A stretch of DNA of 64,000 nucleotides, taken from positions 1,244,878 to 1,308,877 of the forward strand of contig JBFLYH010000001.1 of NCBI GenBank assembly GCA_040756875.1. The letters run 5' to 3'. This document shows positions 29,880-38,138 of the stretch, piece by piece. This DNA comes from a candidate division FCPU426 bacterium (GTDB lineage Bacteria > Oederibacteriota > JAAXVQ01 > JAUVAV01). The stretch's first letter is position 1, and each line of letters starts with the position of its first letter. The notes below the pieces were generated by a model. The model ran no database searches. It saw nothing but the letters and a program-made list of their open reading frames with translations, and had not been told where the DNA came from. Both the position numbers and the translations under genes were made by a program.

Positions 29880-30476
29880 TTATAAAAGAAGCGTCACGAC
29901 TATTATTGGAGCGATGAATATTGCAATAATATAAAGCCAACTTGAAGACAGGTAAAAGTGGATATTGTAATAAGTAGCTTCAATCCAATTAATATTTAAA
30001 TAATTCCTATACTGAGATTTAAACTTTTGCAAATCTACTTCTTCGTGGTTTTCAGGACATGCATTTAGTTCTTGTTGGTACCTCTTTTCAATATCCACTA
30101 ATTTTTCACTTAACTGTTCAGTATCAATATCACTATATAAATTTACTTCACTTAGTATTGTGTTTATTCTTTTAGCACAATTTTCCAATCTTTCCGCTCT
30201 AACAATGTATTTTTGAGAATTTTCGATTAGGCTAAAAACAAGGATGAATATTGAAAAAACAATAGTGAAAAAATCAGTTATATCTCTATTTAAAGTTGTT
30301 ATGAATCTCGGAAGTATAGATAGTGAAATACAATAGACAGACAAAAGCGCAATTCCAGCTACTGACCAATTACTCTTACTAATTAGCCTTCGGGATGCAT
30401 TAAACCTCGATCCCATAGTTTTCCAATATTTATCCCTATATTCACTTTTTTTCGCCGCTCTCGAATCACCAGTCAT
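29880..30476 (-). CDS. SLATT-domain membrane effector (SLATT_5-like)
   Basis: WKTMGSRFNASRRL, two TMs, RAERLENCA, Y...L..CPENHEEVD, C-terminal TM; AT-rich; RBS GAGGTG. Confidence 0.82.
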   Translation of the reverse strand: MTGDSRAAKKSEYRDKYWKTMGSRFNASRRLISKSNWSVAGIALLSVYCISLSILPRFITTLNRDITDFFTIVFSIFILVFSLIENSQKYIVRAERLENCAKRINTILSEVNLYSDIDTEQLSEKLVDIEKRYQQELNACPENHEEVDLQKFKSQYRNYLNINWIEATYYNIHFYLSSSWLYIIAIFIAPIIVVTLLL

Positions 30477-30494
30477 TTCGCACCTCTTTTAGAG

Positions 30495-30625
30495 AGGGTG
30501 GGCTACCTAATTTGACATTGCCATCTCTCTTGACAATTTCCAAGAGGTCAAGACCCTGCTCGGGTATTGATTACATCCCCCTCATTATTTTAATGAGGTC
30601 CTCAAATGAGGAGGTAGCCCACCCT
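30495..30625 (-). ncRNA. Putative RT-associated structured non-coding RNA (~131 nt)
   Basis: Perfect 14-bp inverted repeat AGGGTGGGCTACCT / AGGTAGCCCACCCT enclosing four hairpins, filling the RT-SLATT gap. Confidence 0.7.
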
Positions 30626-32027
30626 AGTAGATATTAGCATCATCTTTACTCAACTTCGAGAGTCTTCGCATTTTAACTAAATTAAATACATTTTCTACTT
30701 CTTGGTTCGAATACTTTCTATTATAGTTTAAATAACCAAACCTTTTCAGGTACAATAGCTTTTGACTTACAGTTAATATATTATTGTAATTCATAATATA
30801 TCCATTATTAGGTGAATATTTCGCTTCATAGAAAGATCTCGCCAGACTCTTTAATGTTTGAGGTGGCGTCCCCTCAAACTCATCCAATCTCCGAAAAAAG
30901 CTCCTTATCAGCTTGTCAATCCTGTATAAAAGTCCAACATCATTCATGCTCAGAAAATAGAATATCCACCCATATCTTTTTTTATCCGAAATGGCACCAG
31001 TTATTTTTTCATTAAGCTCTGTAATAAATACTTCATTAGGTGATTCAATAACGAATGAATAATCTTTAATTTTGTTTTTAAATCTGCTAAACATGGAGAC
31101 TATCGAATGCAAATAATTTTCAACAGTTTTTGGTCTCACTGTTATAACAGGCATTCTAAATAAGTACCCTAAATATTCAAATTGGTTTTCACTTTTGCAT
31201 ATCCGTGTCTTGCCAACCCCAGCTATATCAATTTCCAGTTTTAATTTCCGAAGCCCCTCCTCGACTTTGTTAATCAATTCATCCAGATATTCATTTTTTG
31301 TTATTACTAAAATATCATCTACATATCTAAAATAACAACATCTCGTATCATTTTGCATTTCGCGATCAAACTGTAGTAAATATATATTTGCTAGTATATT
31401 AGATATTGCTAAACCCTGTGGCACTCCTTTTGTAATTAATTTGTTTCTTTCCCTCTTATGATAACTCCTATTGACAATTGGCGTTTTCAAACCACCTTCA
31501 ATTAAGCTGAGTAGTTTTTTTGATCGAATTCTATCCTTCAATTTAGTAATTAGAATATCATTGTCTATATTAGGATAATATTCTTTAATGTCCGTCTGAT
31601 AAATCATTGTATTCCGAAGGTCAGTCGCATTCAAATAGCGAGCAATTCTATCAATATAAGTATTAGCTAACGACATTTGATTTGCTTCAGGGAATACTTC
31701 CGCCAATATCTCTTTTAGTTGATTAAGAACTATTCGATCTCGAAGAGTAGGTATAGCAACAACACGTGGTTTTTTATCCCTTCCTTTTAATTTTAAAAGT
31801 TCAAGATATGGGGCAAATTGATATTTTCCATCAACACACTTTCTTTTAATAACTGCGAATTCGTCTTGCAATCGTTTTTTGAATATTTCACCATTAATAT
31901 AATCAATACCTCTGTTCTTATCATGCCAATATTTGTGCTCAAATGCCGCTTTAAGCGTTTTTAATGAATACTTTTTTCTCAACAAGTCATTTAATCTCAT
32001 CGCGCCGAGGAATAAACAATATTTCAT
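30624..32027 (-). CDS. Reverse transcriptase, UG/DRT class-2-like (SLATT-associated)
   Basis: KPRVVAIPTLRDRIV, TDIKEYYPNID, GVPQGLAISNILANIYL, YFRYVDDIL, FEYLGY, KITG...YGWIFYF; no retron VTG motif, no intron maturase/HNH tail. Confidence 0.92.
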   Translation of the reverse strand: MKYCLFLGAMRLNDLLRKKYSLKTLKAAFEHKYWHDKNRGIDYINGEIFKKRLQDEFAVIKRKCVDGKYQFAPYLELLKLKGRDKKPRVVAIPTLRDRIVLNQLKEILAEVFPEANQMSLANTYIDRIARYLNATDLRNTMIYQTDIKEYYPNIDNDILITKLKDRIRSKKLLSLIEGGLKTPIVNRSYHKRERNKLITKGVPQGLAISNILANIYLLQFDREMQNDTRCCYFRYVDDILVITKNEYLDELINKVEEGLRKLKLEIDIAGVGKTRICKSENQFEYLGYLFRMPVITVRPKTVENYLHSIVSMFSRFKNKIKDYSFVIESPNEVFITELNEKITGAISDKKRYGWIFYFLSMNDVGLLYRIDKLIRSFFRRLDEFEGTPPQTLKSLARSFYEAKYSPNNGYIMNYNNILTVSQKLLYLKRFGYLNYNRKYSNQEVENVFNLVKMRRLSKLSKDDANIY

Positions 32028-32183
32028 ATTAAATACTATTTATTCTTTCGCCCCTCCTTTTTTTAATACTAAATTGAATTAGTTATCATGACAATGCATC
32101 TTTCTTATTTAGTCACAGCCATTGGAAATATAAATAGCTTGGTCAGGTTCTCCCTCACCCTCCTCTTTTCTACCCACATCAGT

Positions 32184-32705
32184 TTATCTAGCAGAGTTTG
32201 CCTTCATTTCCCTCAACCGTTCCTCAGCCAATTTAGCCAGGCGTATTCTGCTCTCCTTAGTAAATATGCTTTCCTTGGGCTTGGTCCAGGCTGCGATAAC
32301 ATGCTTTGCCCAGCGGATTGGAGAGGCAAACAAGCTTGGCCGCTGATCCTCGCCCTGGGCGGCCAGTTTTTCGAGCGCGGGTATGGCCTGCTTGGCTTCC
32401 GCGCCGAAGCGATCCAGCCATGCCAGCATTTCGGCTTTGAAATCTTTTATTTCCAGCGGGTTTTCAAACAGCACGATGATCGCCGCCAGGACTTCGTGCT
32501 GGTCCGGCTGAATCCGTTTGCCGATTCCAGCCAGGACATCAGCATAAAAGCCGTGTTCCAGGCCAATAGGGTCCCATAATTCGCGTTCCTCTGCTTGGGA
32601 GTGGGTCTGCTTGACAATTAGGTCCCAGGCTGTTTGGCGCGCGATTTTAGGATCAGAGGAGTAGAGTTTGGGGTATTGAGTTTTTATCGCTTCGAGATCA
32701 GGCAT
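32184..32705 (-). CDS. Hypothetical alpha-helical protein
   Basis: 173-aa ORF with RBS GAGG; possible HEAT-like segment AKQAIPALEKLA. Confidence 0.6.
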   Translation of the reverse strand: MPDLEAIKTQYPKLYSSDPKIARQTAWDLIVKQTHSQAEERELWDPIGLEHGFYADVLAGIGKRIQPDQHEVLAAIIVLFENPLEIKDFKAEMLAWLDRFGAEAKQAIPALEKLAAQGEDQRPSLFASPIRWAKHVIAAWTKPKESIFTKESRIRLAKLAEERLREMKANSAR

Positions 32706-32737
32706 CAGCGCGCCTCAGGGAGCAGTGTGGCGTTCCT

Positions 32738-33109
32738 TTAGCATTTCTTTCCTTTATTATTCTCCCCCACCCTGAACTTCACGATCCTCTTCACCAGCGC
32801 CCAGGGCACGGGCTGGTCCAGGGGAAACTGGACGGTTCCGGCCGAGGTTTTATAAGCACTGAGTTCTTTTTTGAAGGCTTTGATGCCGCTGGAAGTCGGG
32901 TACAAGCCGACGTGCTTTTTGAAAGCCGCGTAATAGACCAGCGGCCCGTTGAGAAAGAACGCCGGCACGCCGTAACCCATCGCCTCCTTGGCTTTGGGCG
33001 CAACACCGCGGATGGTCCGGCGCATGGTTTTCAGGACCGCCTGGACTTCCTTGGGCTGGCGGCTGATATACTCGTCCACCGCGTTGATAGTCTTCTTGGC
33101 TTTTTCCAT
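32738..33109 (-). CDS. YdhG/DUF1801 family protein
   Basis: VDEYI, MGYGVPAF, YAAFKKHVGLYP, GTVQFPLDQPVP. Confidence 0.92.
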   Translation of the reverse strand: MEKAKKTINAVDEYISRQPKEVQAVLKTMRRTIRGVAPKAKEAMGYGVPAFFLNGPLVYYAAFKKHVGLYPTSSGIKAFKKELSAYKTSAGTVQFPLDQPVPWALVKRIVKFRVGENNKGKKC

Positions 33110-33143
33110 TTTTACCTCCCCAGGGACCGTTTAGGCTGGTCCT

Positions 33144-34871
33144 TTACTGCAGATAGGTGTTGATTAAACTCTGCACCAGGGCATTCGAATGCGTGGGCTT
33201 GGTGCAGAAGCGCCCTTTCAATAAATCCTTGGCCATGGTTTTGGCCTCGCTTTTGGACGCGGGATTGTCGTACAGGCCGTACTGGTCCACCCACATGGAA
33301 TACAGCGCGCCCCAGGCATACCCGCTGCCATTCTCGAACTGCTGGTCCATACCAGTGGAAACCTGGCCGCCGGGCGTGGACCAGGGCACGCAATTCACGT
33401 GCTTCGGATCGCCTGCCTCGCAGTGCCTGCCTTCGTGCACCAGGAGCTGGAGCGAGCCGAAGTAAGGCGCCAGGGACGGATTGGCAAACGGCACCTTGCA
33501 TGCGTCCCAGTGGCCGTCGTAACCCGAGGACCGGCTGTCCCACACGCTGAAATTGCGGTTTAAAGTGAGATGTCCTCCGCCCCCCAGGTTCTGTTGACAG
33601 TTCAAGGTCAGGTAGATGTTGTGAACATTGGCTTTCAGATGGTCGTAAACGGATTTGTTGTTGGTGAAAGGTGGAGTTTGGGAAAACCGCTGATGACGAA
33701 GCACTTCCAGCCTGGCGACCGCGACGATTTTGGAAGGGTCCCAGGAGGATTGGTTGAAGGCGAACTCCGGATAGGTGCTCCACTGTTCGTCCGCCGAGGC
33801 GCCATCCACCCACTGCAGGCCGAAATCCTTGACCACCCGGTCGATTTCCCCTTGCGCGGGCTGTGCCTGGTAAAGGGCCCAGAGATCGCTGTAAACCCGG
33901 ATTGCGGCTGTAGCGACCTCAGCCAGGCCGCTGACCTTGACTGTATGCGTGCCAACACTGATCTGGCCGTAACCGAGAATAAAGCCCGAACCCAGGGACA
34001 AGCCCTGATCCAGGGTCCAGGTCAGCTGGCTTGGCAATACCGGATGATAAGCGATCACCACGGCGCTGAACGTTTTAGGCTCAGCCGCGATGAACCGTTC
34101 GTTGGCCAGGGGCGACGCCAGGATCAGGGACGGGCCGTTGTAATGAAAAACGCAGTATTTGAGCTGCTGCCCGCTGGGAAGGCAGCACACAGCCGCCACT
34201 TTGGGCGCCTGGGCGTAAGGCGCCTCACCGCCCAGAAACTTTTGAATGTCATTGGCATCGTCGTAGGCCAATTTGTAATTCCAGCCGGACACAGGCTTGT
34301 TGATGTTATTGTGTTGGGAAAACAAGTAATAGGTCTCTGTCGTGCCCACGGAATAACCCGCCACCCGGGCCAGGCGGGCCGGCAGCAGGTAAGTGCCCTG
34401 CGCGCCCAGGCAGTTGCGGACATCGTCCGCGCTGTTCGCCAGCTTCCACTGCCAGGTGCCTTTGGGCTGCTGGCTGGCGCTTTGCTGGTAGAACACGTAA
34501 AATTCCGGCCGGTTCTGGTAATACAGGGCGCAGATTTCGGCTTCAGTGGCAGGATACTTGTAGGCGCCGCTGCCGTTCAGCAGGTTGATGACATCGGCCG
34601 GATCAGAGGCGTATTTCCACTGCCACTTGCCTTTGGGCAGGTTGGAGGAGGCGTGCTGGTAGAAAACGATGAATTCCTTTTGGTTGTTTTTGGAATAGGC
34701 GCAGATCCTGGCTTCCTTGATCGGAGTCTGGTAGCTGCCCGTGCCGTTCAAAAAAGCCATAACGTCGTTCTGATCAGGGCAGCTTTTCCAGGCCCACGCC
34801 CCGGCATCCGCCGCCAGGCCCGACCAAACCGCTGCCGCCAGCAACAGCCACACCGCGCCATGCTTTTTCAT
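33144..34871 (-). CDS. Secreted protein with four ~57-aa repeats and a C-terminal HExxH motif
   Basis: Signal peptide; WxWK...DV..LNG.G.Y repeated four times; LLVHEGRH. Confidence 0.75.
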   Translation of the reverse strand: MKKHGAVWLLLAAAVWSGLAADAGAWAWKSCPDQNDVMAFLNGTGSYQTPIKEARICAYSKNNQKEFIVFYQHASSNLPKGKWQWKYASDPADVINLLNGSGAYKYPATEAEICALYYQNRPEFYVFYQQSASQQPKGTWQWKLANSADDVRNCLGAQGTYLLPARLARVAGYSVGTTETYYLFSQHNNINKPVSGWNYKLAYDDANDIQKFLGGEAPYAQAPKVAAVCCLPSGQQLKYCVFHYNGPSLILASPLANERFIAAEPKTFSAVVIAYHPVLPSQLTWTLDQGLSLGSGFILGYGQISVGTHTVKVSGLAEVATAAIRVYSDLWALYQAQPAQGEIDRVVKDFGLQWVDGASADEQWSTYPEFAFNQSSWDPSKIVAVARLEVLRHQRFSQTPPFTNNKSVYDHLKANVHNIYLTLNCQQNLGGGGHLTLNRNFSVWDSRSSGYDGHWDACKVPFANPSLAPYFGSLQLLVHEGRHCEAGDPKHVNCVPWSTPGGQVSTGMDQQFENGSGYAWGALYSMWVDQYGLYDNPASKSEAKTMAKDLLKGRFCTKPTHSNALVQSLINTYLQ

Positions 34872-34894
34872 TTTTTCCTCCCAAAAGTTGTTCC

Positions 34895-35563
34895 CTACCA
34901 CACTCCCATCAGCAATCTCCATTTGGTTTTTTGCTTGTAATCCGCGTACCCTTCCAGTTCCGCTTCCAGGGTCTTGTCCTCTTTAGCCGTGCGGACCGCG
35001 AAGATGGCAATAACAGCCAGCGTGCCCAGCAGGGACCAGGCGGAACCAAGGAGCAGGGGCAAGCCCAGGTATTGAATCATGAGGCCGCAGTACATGGGAT
35101 GCCGGACCAGGGCGTACGGTCCGGTGGTGACGACTTTGTGGCCGCGTTCGGTTTGAATGCGGACCGTCTGTTCCAGAAAGGGATTGGTGACTAATACCCA
35201 GTCAATAAGGGCGGCGCCCATTATATATAGGAAGGCGCCCGGATAAACAAGCGCATCAGGCAGGCTGGTCCAGCCAAAACGCACGGCATCCAGGCCGGCC
35301 AGCACCGGAAAAGCGAGGTAGAAGAACGCATACACGGGCATGAGCACTTTGTCCCAGCCCTTGGTGCCTTTTCGCACTTTGCTGCGGGCTTCCGCGATGC
35401 GGGGATTGAAACGGGCGACCAGAACGAAATTGACGGCCAGAGTCAGGACCATGAGCCCGACCAGGATCCAGGCCCTGGGCCAGTCCCAGGTGCCGGCGGC
35501 AATAAACAAGAGCCCGGCCCAGATGCCGAAGGTAATGATGATCTGCAATGCGCGTCTGAGCAT
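34895..35563 (-). CDS. ICMT/PEMT family membrane methyltransferase
   Basis: NPFLEQTVRIQTERGHKVVTTGPYALVRHPMY...EDKTLEAELEGY. Confidence 0.92.
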   Translation of the reverse strand: MLRRALQIIITFGIWAGLLFIAAGTWDWPRAWILVGLMVLTLAVNFVLVARFNPRIAEARSKVRKGTKGWDKVLMPVYAFFYLAFPVLAGLDAVRFGWTSLPDALVYPGAFLYIMGAALIDWVLVTNPFLEQTVRIQTERGHKVVTTGPYALVRHPMYCGLMIQYLGLPLLLGSAWSLLGTLAVIAIFAVRTAKEDKTLEAELEGYADYKQKTKWRLLMGVW

Positions 35564-35596
35564 GGTTTCCCTCTCCTGGCAGCGCAGGCAACCGCG

Positions 35597-35947
35597 CTAA
35601 ATATGGCAGTATTGCCTGACCTGTTTGATGACTTGCTCCACTTGGCCCACCACGTTGACCACGTTTTGCGCGAATTGAACCTGGTTGTTCACGGATTCGA
35701 TGGCTTGGGCCGTCCGGGTTTGGGCAGCGCGCACCTCAACCATCAAGGGATGGGTTTCAGCGATCAGATCCTGATAGGCGTGGTCAAGCAGGGTTTTCAG
35801 CAGGTCCCGCAAATACTTCAGGGATTCGCCCAGCGATGCGGCCTGCTCGGCGTAACCTTGCTCGTCAGCCTCCATTTGGCACTGGCTCAATTTGCTCTTT
35901 AAAGCATTCAATTGTCCGATGAGCGAAATCGCATCTACTTCCGGCAT
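35597..35947 (-). CDS. Hypothetical helical protein
   Basis: 116-aa amphipathic helical ORF just downstream of the lipoprotein. Confidence 0.6.
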   Translation of the reverse strand: MPEVDAISLIGQLNALKSKLSQCQMEADEQGYAEQAASLGESLKYLRDLLKTLLDHAYQDLIAETHPLMVEVRAAQTRTAQAIESVNNQVQFAQNVVNVVGQVEQVIKQVRQYCHI

Positions 35948-35961
35948 GGGTTGTTCCCCCG

Positions 35962-36867
35962 CTATTTGTCCGATTTGAGATTCTCGTATAAGTGCCCCAG
36001 CTGCCGCCCTTCCTCGATCAACAACTGCAGGCCCGGCCGGTCAAAGGTCAGGGCCGTGGCTTTGACCGCTTGGGCCAGCTCCTGGTGCGCGGCCGGCAGG
36101 GCGGCATAGATCTTTTCCATTTGCTGCAGGGCGTCCAAAATGTCGATCAGCCGGTCGTTCAGCGCGTACATCTGCTCCACCAGCGCAGCGCGGGACCCGG
36201 CCGGCGACTGCTTCCAGGCGGCCCGGATGGGTTCGTAGTGGTCGCCGTAGTAGGCTTTGAAGTTTTCCCGCAGCAACTGGATCAGGCGCGTGCAGTGGGC
36301 CGCGTATTTTTCCACCAGGGGCTGGTTCTCCCTGACGATCCTGCCCAAGGCCTCCAGCCTTTTTCCCCGGATGTATTCGCGCGCCGCTTCCACGGCCACG
36401 GCCGAGAAGACCGGGATGCCTTCCTTGGGCGGAGCCCAGTTCAACGCCTGCGCCGCCGTTTCCGCGTTCCGGTTCAATTGCGCGGCCAGGGTTTCGAACG
36501 CCGCGGGATCATCCACCTGGTTGTCCGCCAGGCGCAGCAGCAGCCCGGCGTAGCTTTGCATGTTGTCGTTGAGTATCCAAAAAACCTTGCGGGCCTGCTT
36601 GATGCGCAGGTACAAAGGCACGGGTTCCAGGGTCCAGTCATAGCCCTGGCCCAGCCGCATGACCAGCTGGCTCATCTGGCCGTCAAAGGTTTGCGCGTCA
36701 GCCGAGCGCACCCAGTCCACTCCCAGGCCGAGCGAATCGTCCATGGCGGCCTGGCCCTGTTTGACGGCGGATTGAAAGGTTTGAAACGGCTGGACATTGA
36801 CCGAGGCGCAGCCCGCCAGGAACGGGAGCAAAAGGCCGAGCAGGCACAGGGTCCTCATGGCGTTCAT
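35962..36867 (-). CDS. Helical lipoprotein
   Basis: Lipobox LAGC; RBS GGAGG. Confidence 0.75.
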   Translation of the reverse strand: MNAMRTLCLLGLLLPFLAGCASVNVQPFQTFQSAVKQGQAAMDDSLGLGVDWVRSADAQTFDGQMSQLVMRLGQGYDWTLEPVPLYLRIKQARKVFWILNDNMQSYAGLLLRLADNQVDDPAAFETLAAQLNRNAETAAQALNWAPPKEGIPVFSAVAVEAAREYIRGKRLEALGRIVRENQPLVEKYAAHCTRLIQLLRENFKAYYGDHYEPIRAAWKQSPAGSRAALVEQMYALNDRLIDILDALQQMEKIYAALPAAHQELAQAVKATALTFDRPGLQLLIEEGRQLGHLYENLKSDK

Positions 36868-36945
36868 CCGGCACCTCCGCTTCTTCGGACAGCAGGGATG
36901 TCCACGAGTATATAGGAAGGAGAGGCAAAAATCCAGCAGAGGCGC

Positions 36946-37878
36946 CTAGGGTTGCGCCTGTTTCAACGCCTCCACGGTTTCGCGCACAGCCTGCCCGCTG
37001 CTGACCGGAGCATATTTGAACGTCTGCTCGTACTTGGCGCTGTCGAAGAAACAGGGGCGGTCGTACTGGTATTTCATTTCGTCCATTTCGCGCAGGATGG
37101 GCACGAACAGGCCCAGGAGCTTGATGCCCCAGCCCGGCAAGACTTGAACGCGGGGTTTGGCGTTGAGCTCCGCGGCGAACAACCGCACCCATTCCTCGCC
37201 CGTGAGCGGCGGTGCGGTGGGCAGGTTCCAGATTTGATTGAAAGCCGAGGAGGTGTTGCCGAGCTTGGCCGTGGCCATGGCCAGTTCGGGCGTGTACCCC
37301 ACGGAATGCGGGACTCTGGCGTTGCACAGCCACATGGCTTTTTGGCCCTTGGCCAGATTGTCGTACACCATGGCCATGAGCGCGCTGTTGACTTTGATCG
37401 GCCCGAAAAAATCAGGCGAGCGGGCGATCACGGCCAGCAGCCGGCCTTTTTCGATTTTTTCGATGAGCATGCGGTCCACCTGGGCCCGGGCCTGCCCTTT
37501 CCGGCTGGTGGGCGACAGCGGCGAGTCCTCGGTAATGTGCCGGACATGGTTCTCGCCGATGGCATAGGTGTTGTCGAAGAACACCAGCCTGGTCCGGTGC
37601 TCGATGCAGGCATCGATGACGTTCTGCATGAGGGCCGGCCACAGGCGTTCCCAGGCTTCGGCGCGATAGGGCAGGCCCACGGTCAGGTAGACCACCTCGC
37701 TGCCGCGCACGGCGAAGAACACCTGCTCCCGGTTGGTGAGATCGGCGGACAGCAAATCATCCGTGGCATTGACTTTTTTCGGATTGCGGCTGACCAGACG
37801 GATTTCCTTGGTGTAAGCGGTCAGGCTTTTGGCCAAGCTGGTTCCTATGGCGCCGCTCGATCCCAAAATTGTTTGCAT
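36946..37878 (-). CDS. NAD-dependent epimerase/dehydratase (atypical SDR)
   Basis: ILGSSGAIG, LVFFDNTY, SRKGQAR, ARSPDFFGP. Confidence 0.9.
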   Translation of the reverse strand: MQTILGSSGAIGTSLAKSLTAYTKEIRLVSRNPKKVNATDDLLSADLTNREQVFFAVRGSEVVYLTVGLPYRAEAWERLWPALMQNVIDACIEHRTRLVFFDNTYAIGENHVRHITEDSPLSPTSRKGQARAQVDRMLIEKIEKGRLLAVIARSPDFFGPIKVNSALMAMVYDNLAKGQKAMWLCNARVPHSVGYTPELAMATAKLGNTSSAFNQIWNLPTAPPLTGEEWVRLFAAELNAKPRVQVLPGWGIKLLGLFVPILREMDEMKYQYDRPCFFDSAKYEQTFKYAPVSSGQAVRETVEALKQAQP

Positions 37879-38138
37879 TCGCCTCTCCTTTAGGCACCCA
37901 GCCGGATTCGCTTGCTCAAGACTTTCTATTTATTGGACTCGCAAATAAGTTATAAAATTACTTCAACATAGAGAAAAACAGTATAAAAAAAGTTATACAC
38001 CTTGTTTTCGATGCCTATTTTCCTGGGCATTAAAACGGATTATAGCATTTAAATATGTGTAGTCAAGAATTGAGAAAATAAAAAATCAGTCACACATTCA
38101 CGGATTTTATGCAGGAGAGCAAGACAGGCAGGCTGGCT

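Noticed and set aside
27125-32027. Diversity-generating retroelement (RT + Avd-like four-helix bundle + near-identical repeats)
   Set aside because: Repeat mismatches are not adenine-specific on one strand of one copy, and they lie at a gene 5' end rather than in a C-terminal variable region. The RT is long and SLATT-linked, and the four-helix-bundle gene is the common stand-alone type.
30495-32027. Classical retron (a1/a2 inverted repeats around msr-msd)
   Set aside because: The inverted repeat is retron-like, but the RT lacks recognisable NAxxH and VTG motifs, there is no long msd hairpin, and the RNA is downstream of the RT. Not fully excluded without a phylogeny.
30624-32027. Group II intron RT
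   Set aside because: No domain V/VI-like sequence after the ORF, no room for the ribozyme upstream, and YVDD with a non-maturase C-terminus
19276-37878. Integron cassette array (many small co-oriented genes)
   Set aside because: No integrase and no recurring attC-like RYYYAAC...GTTRRRY structures recognised between genes
37900-38110. AT-rich gap as a replication origin or ncRNA
   Set aside because: No DnaA-box cluster or stable structure recognised; most simply a promoter region at the boundary of the glycosylation cluster
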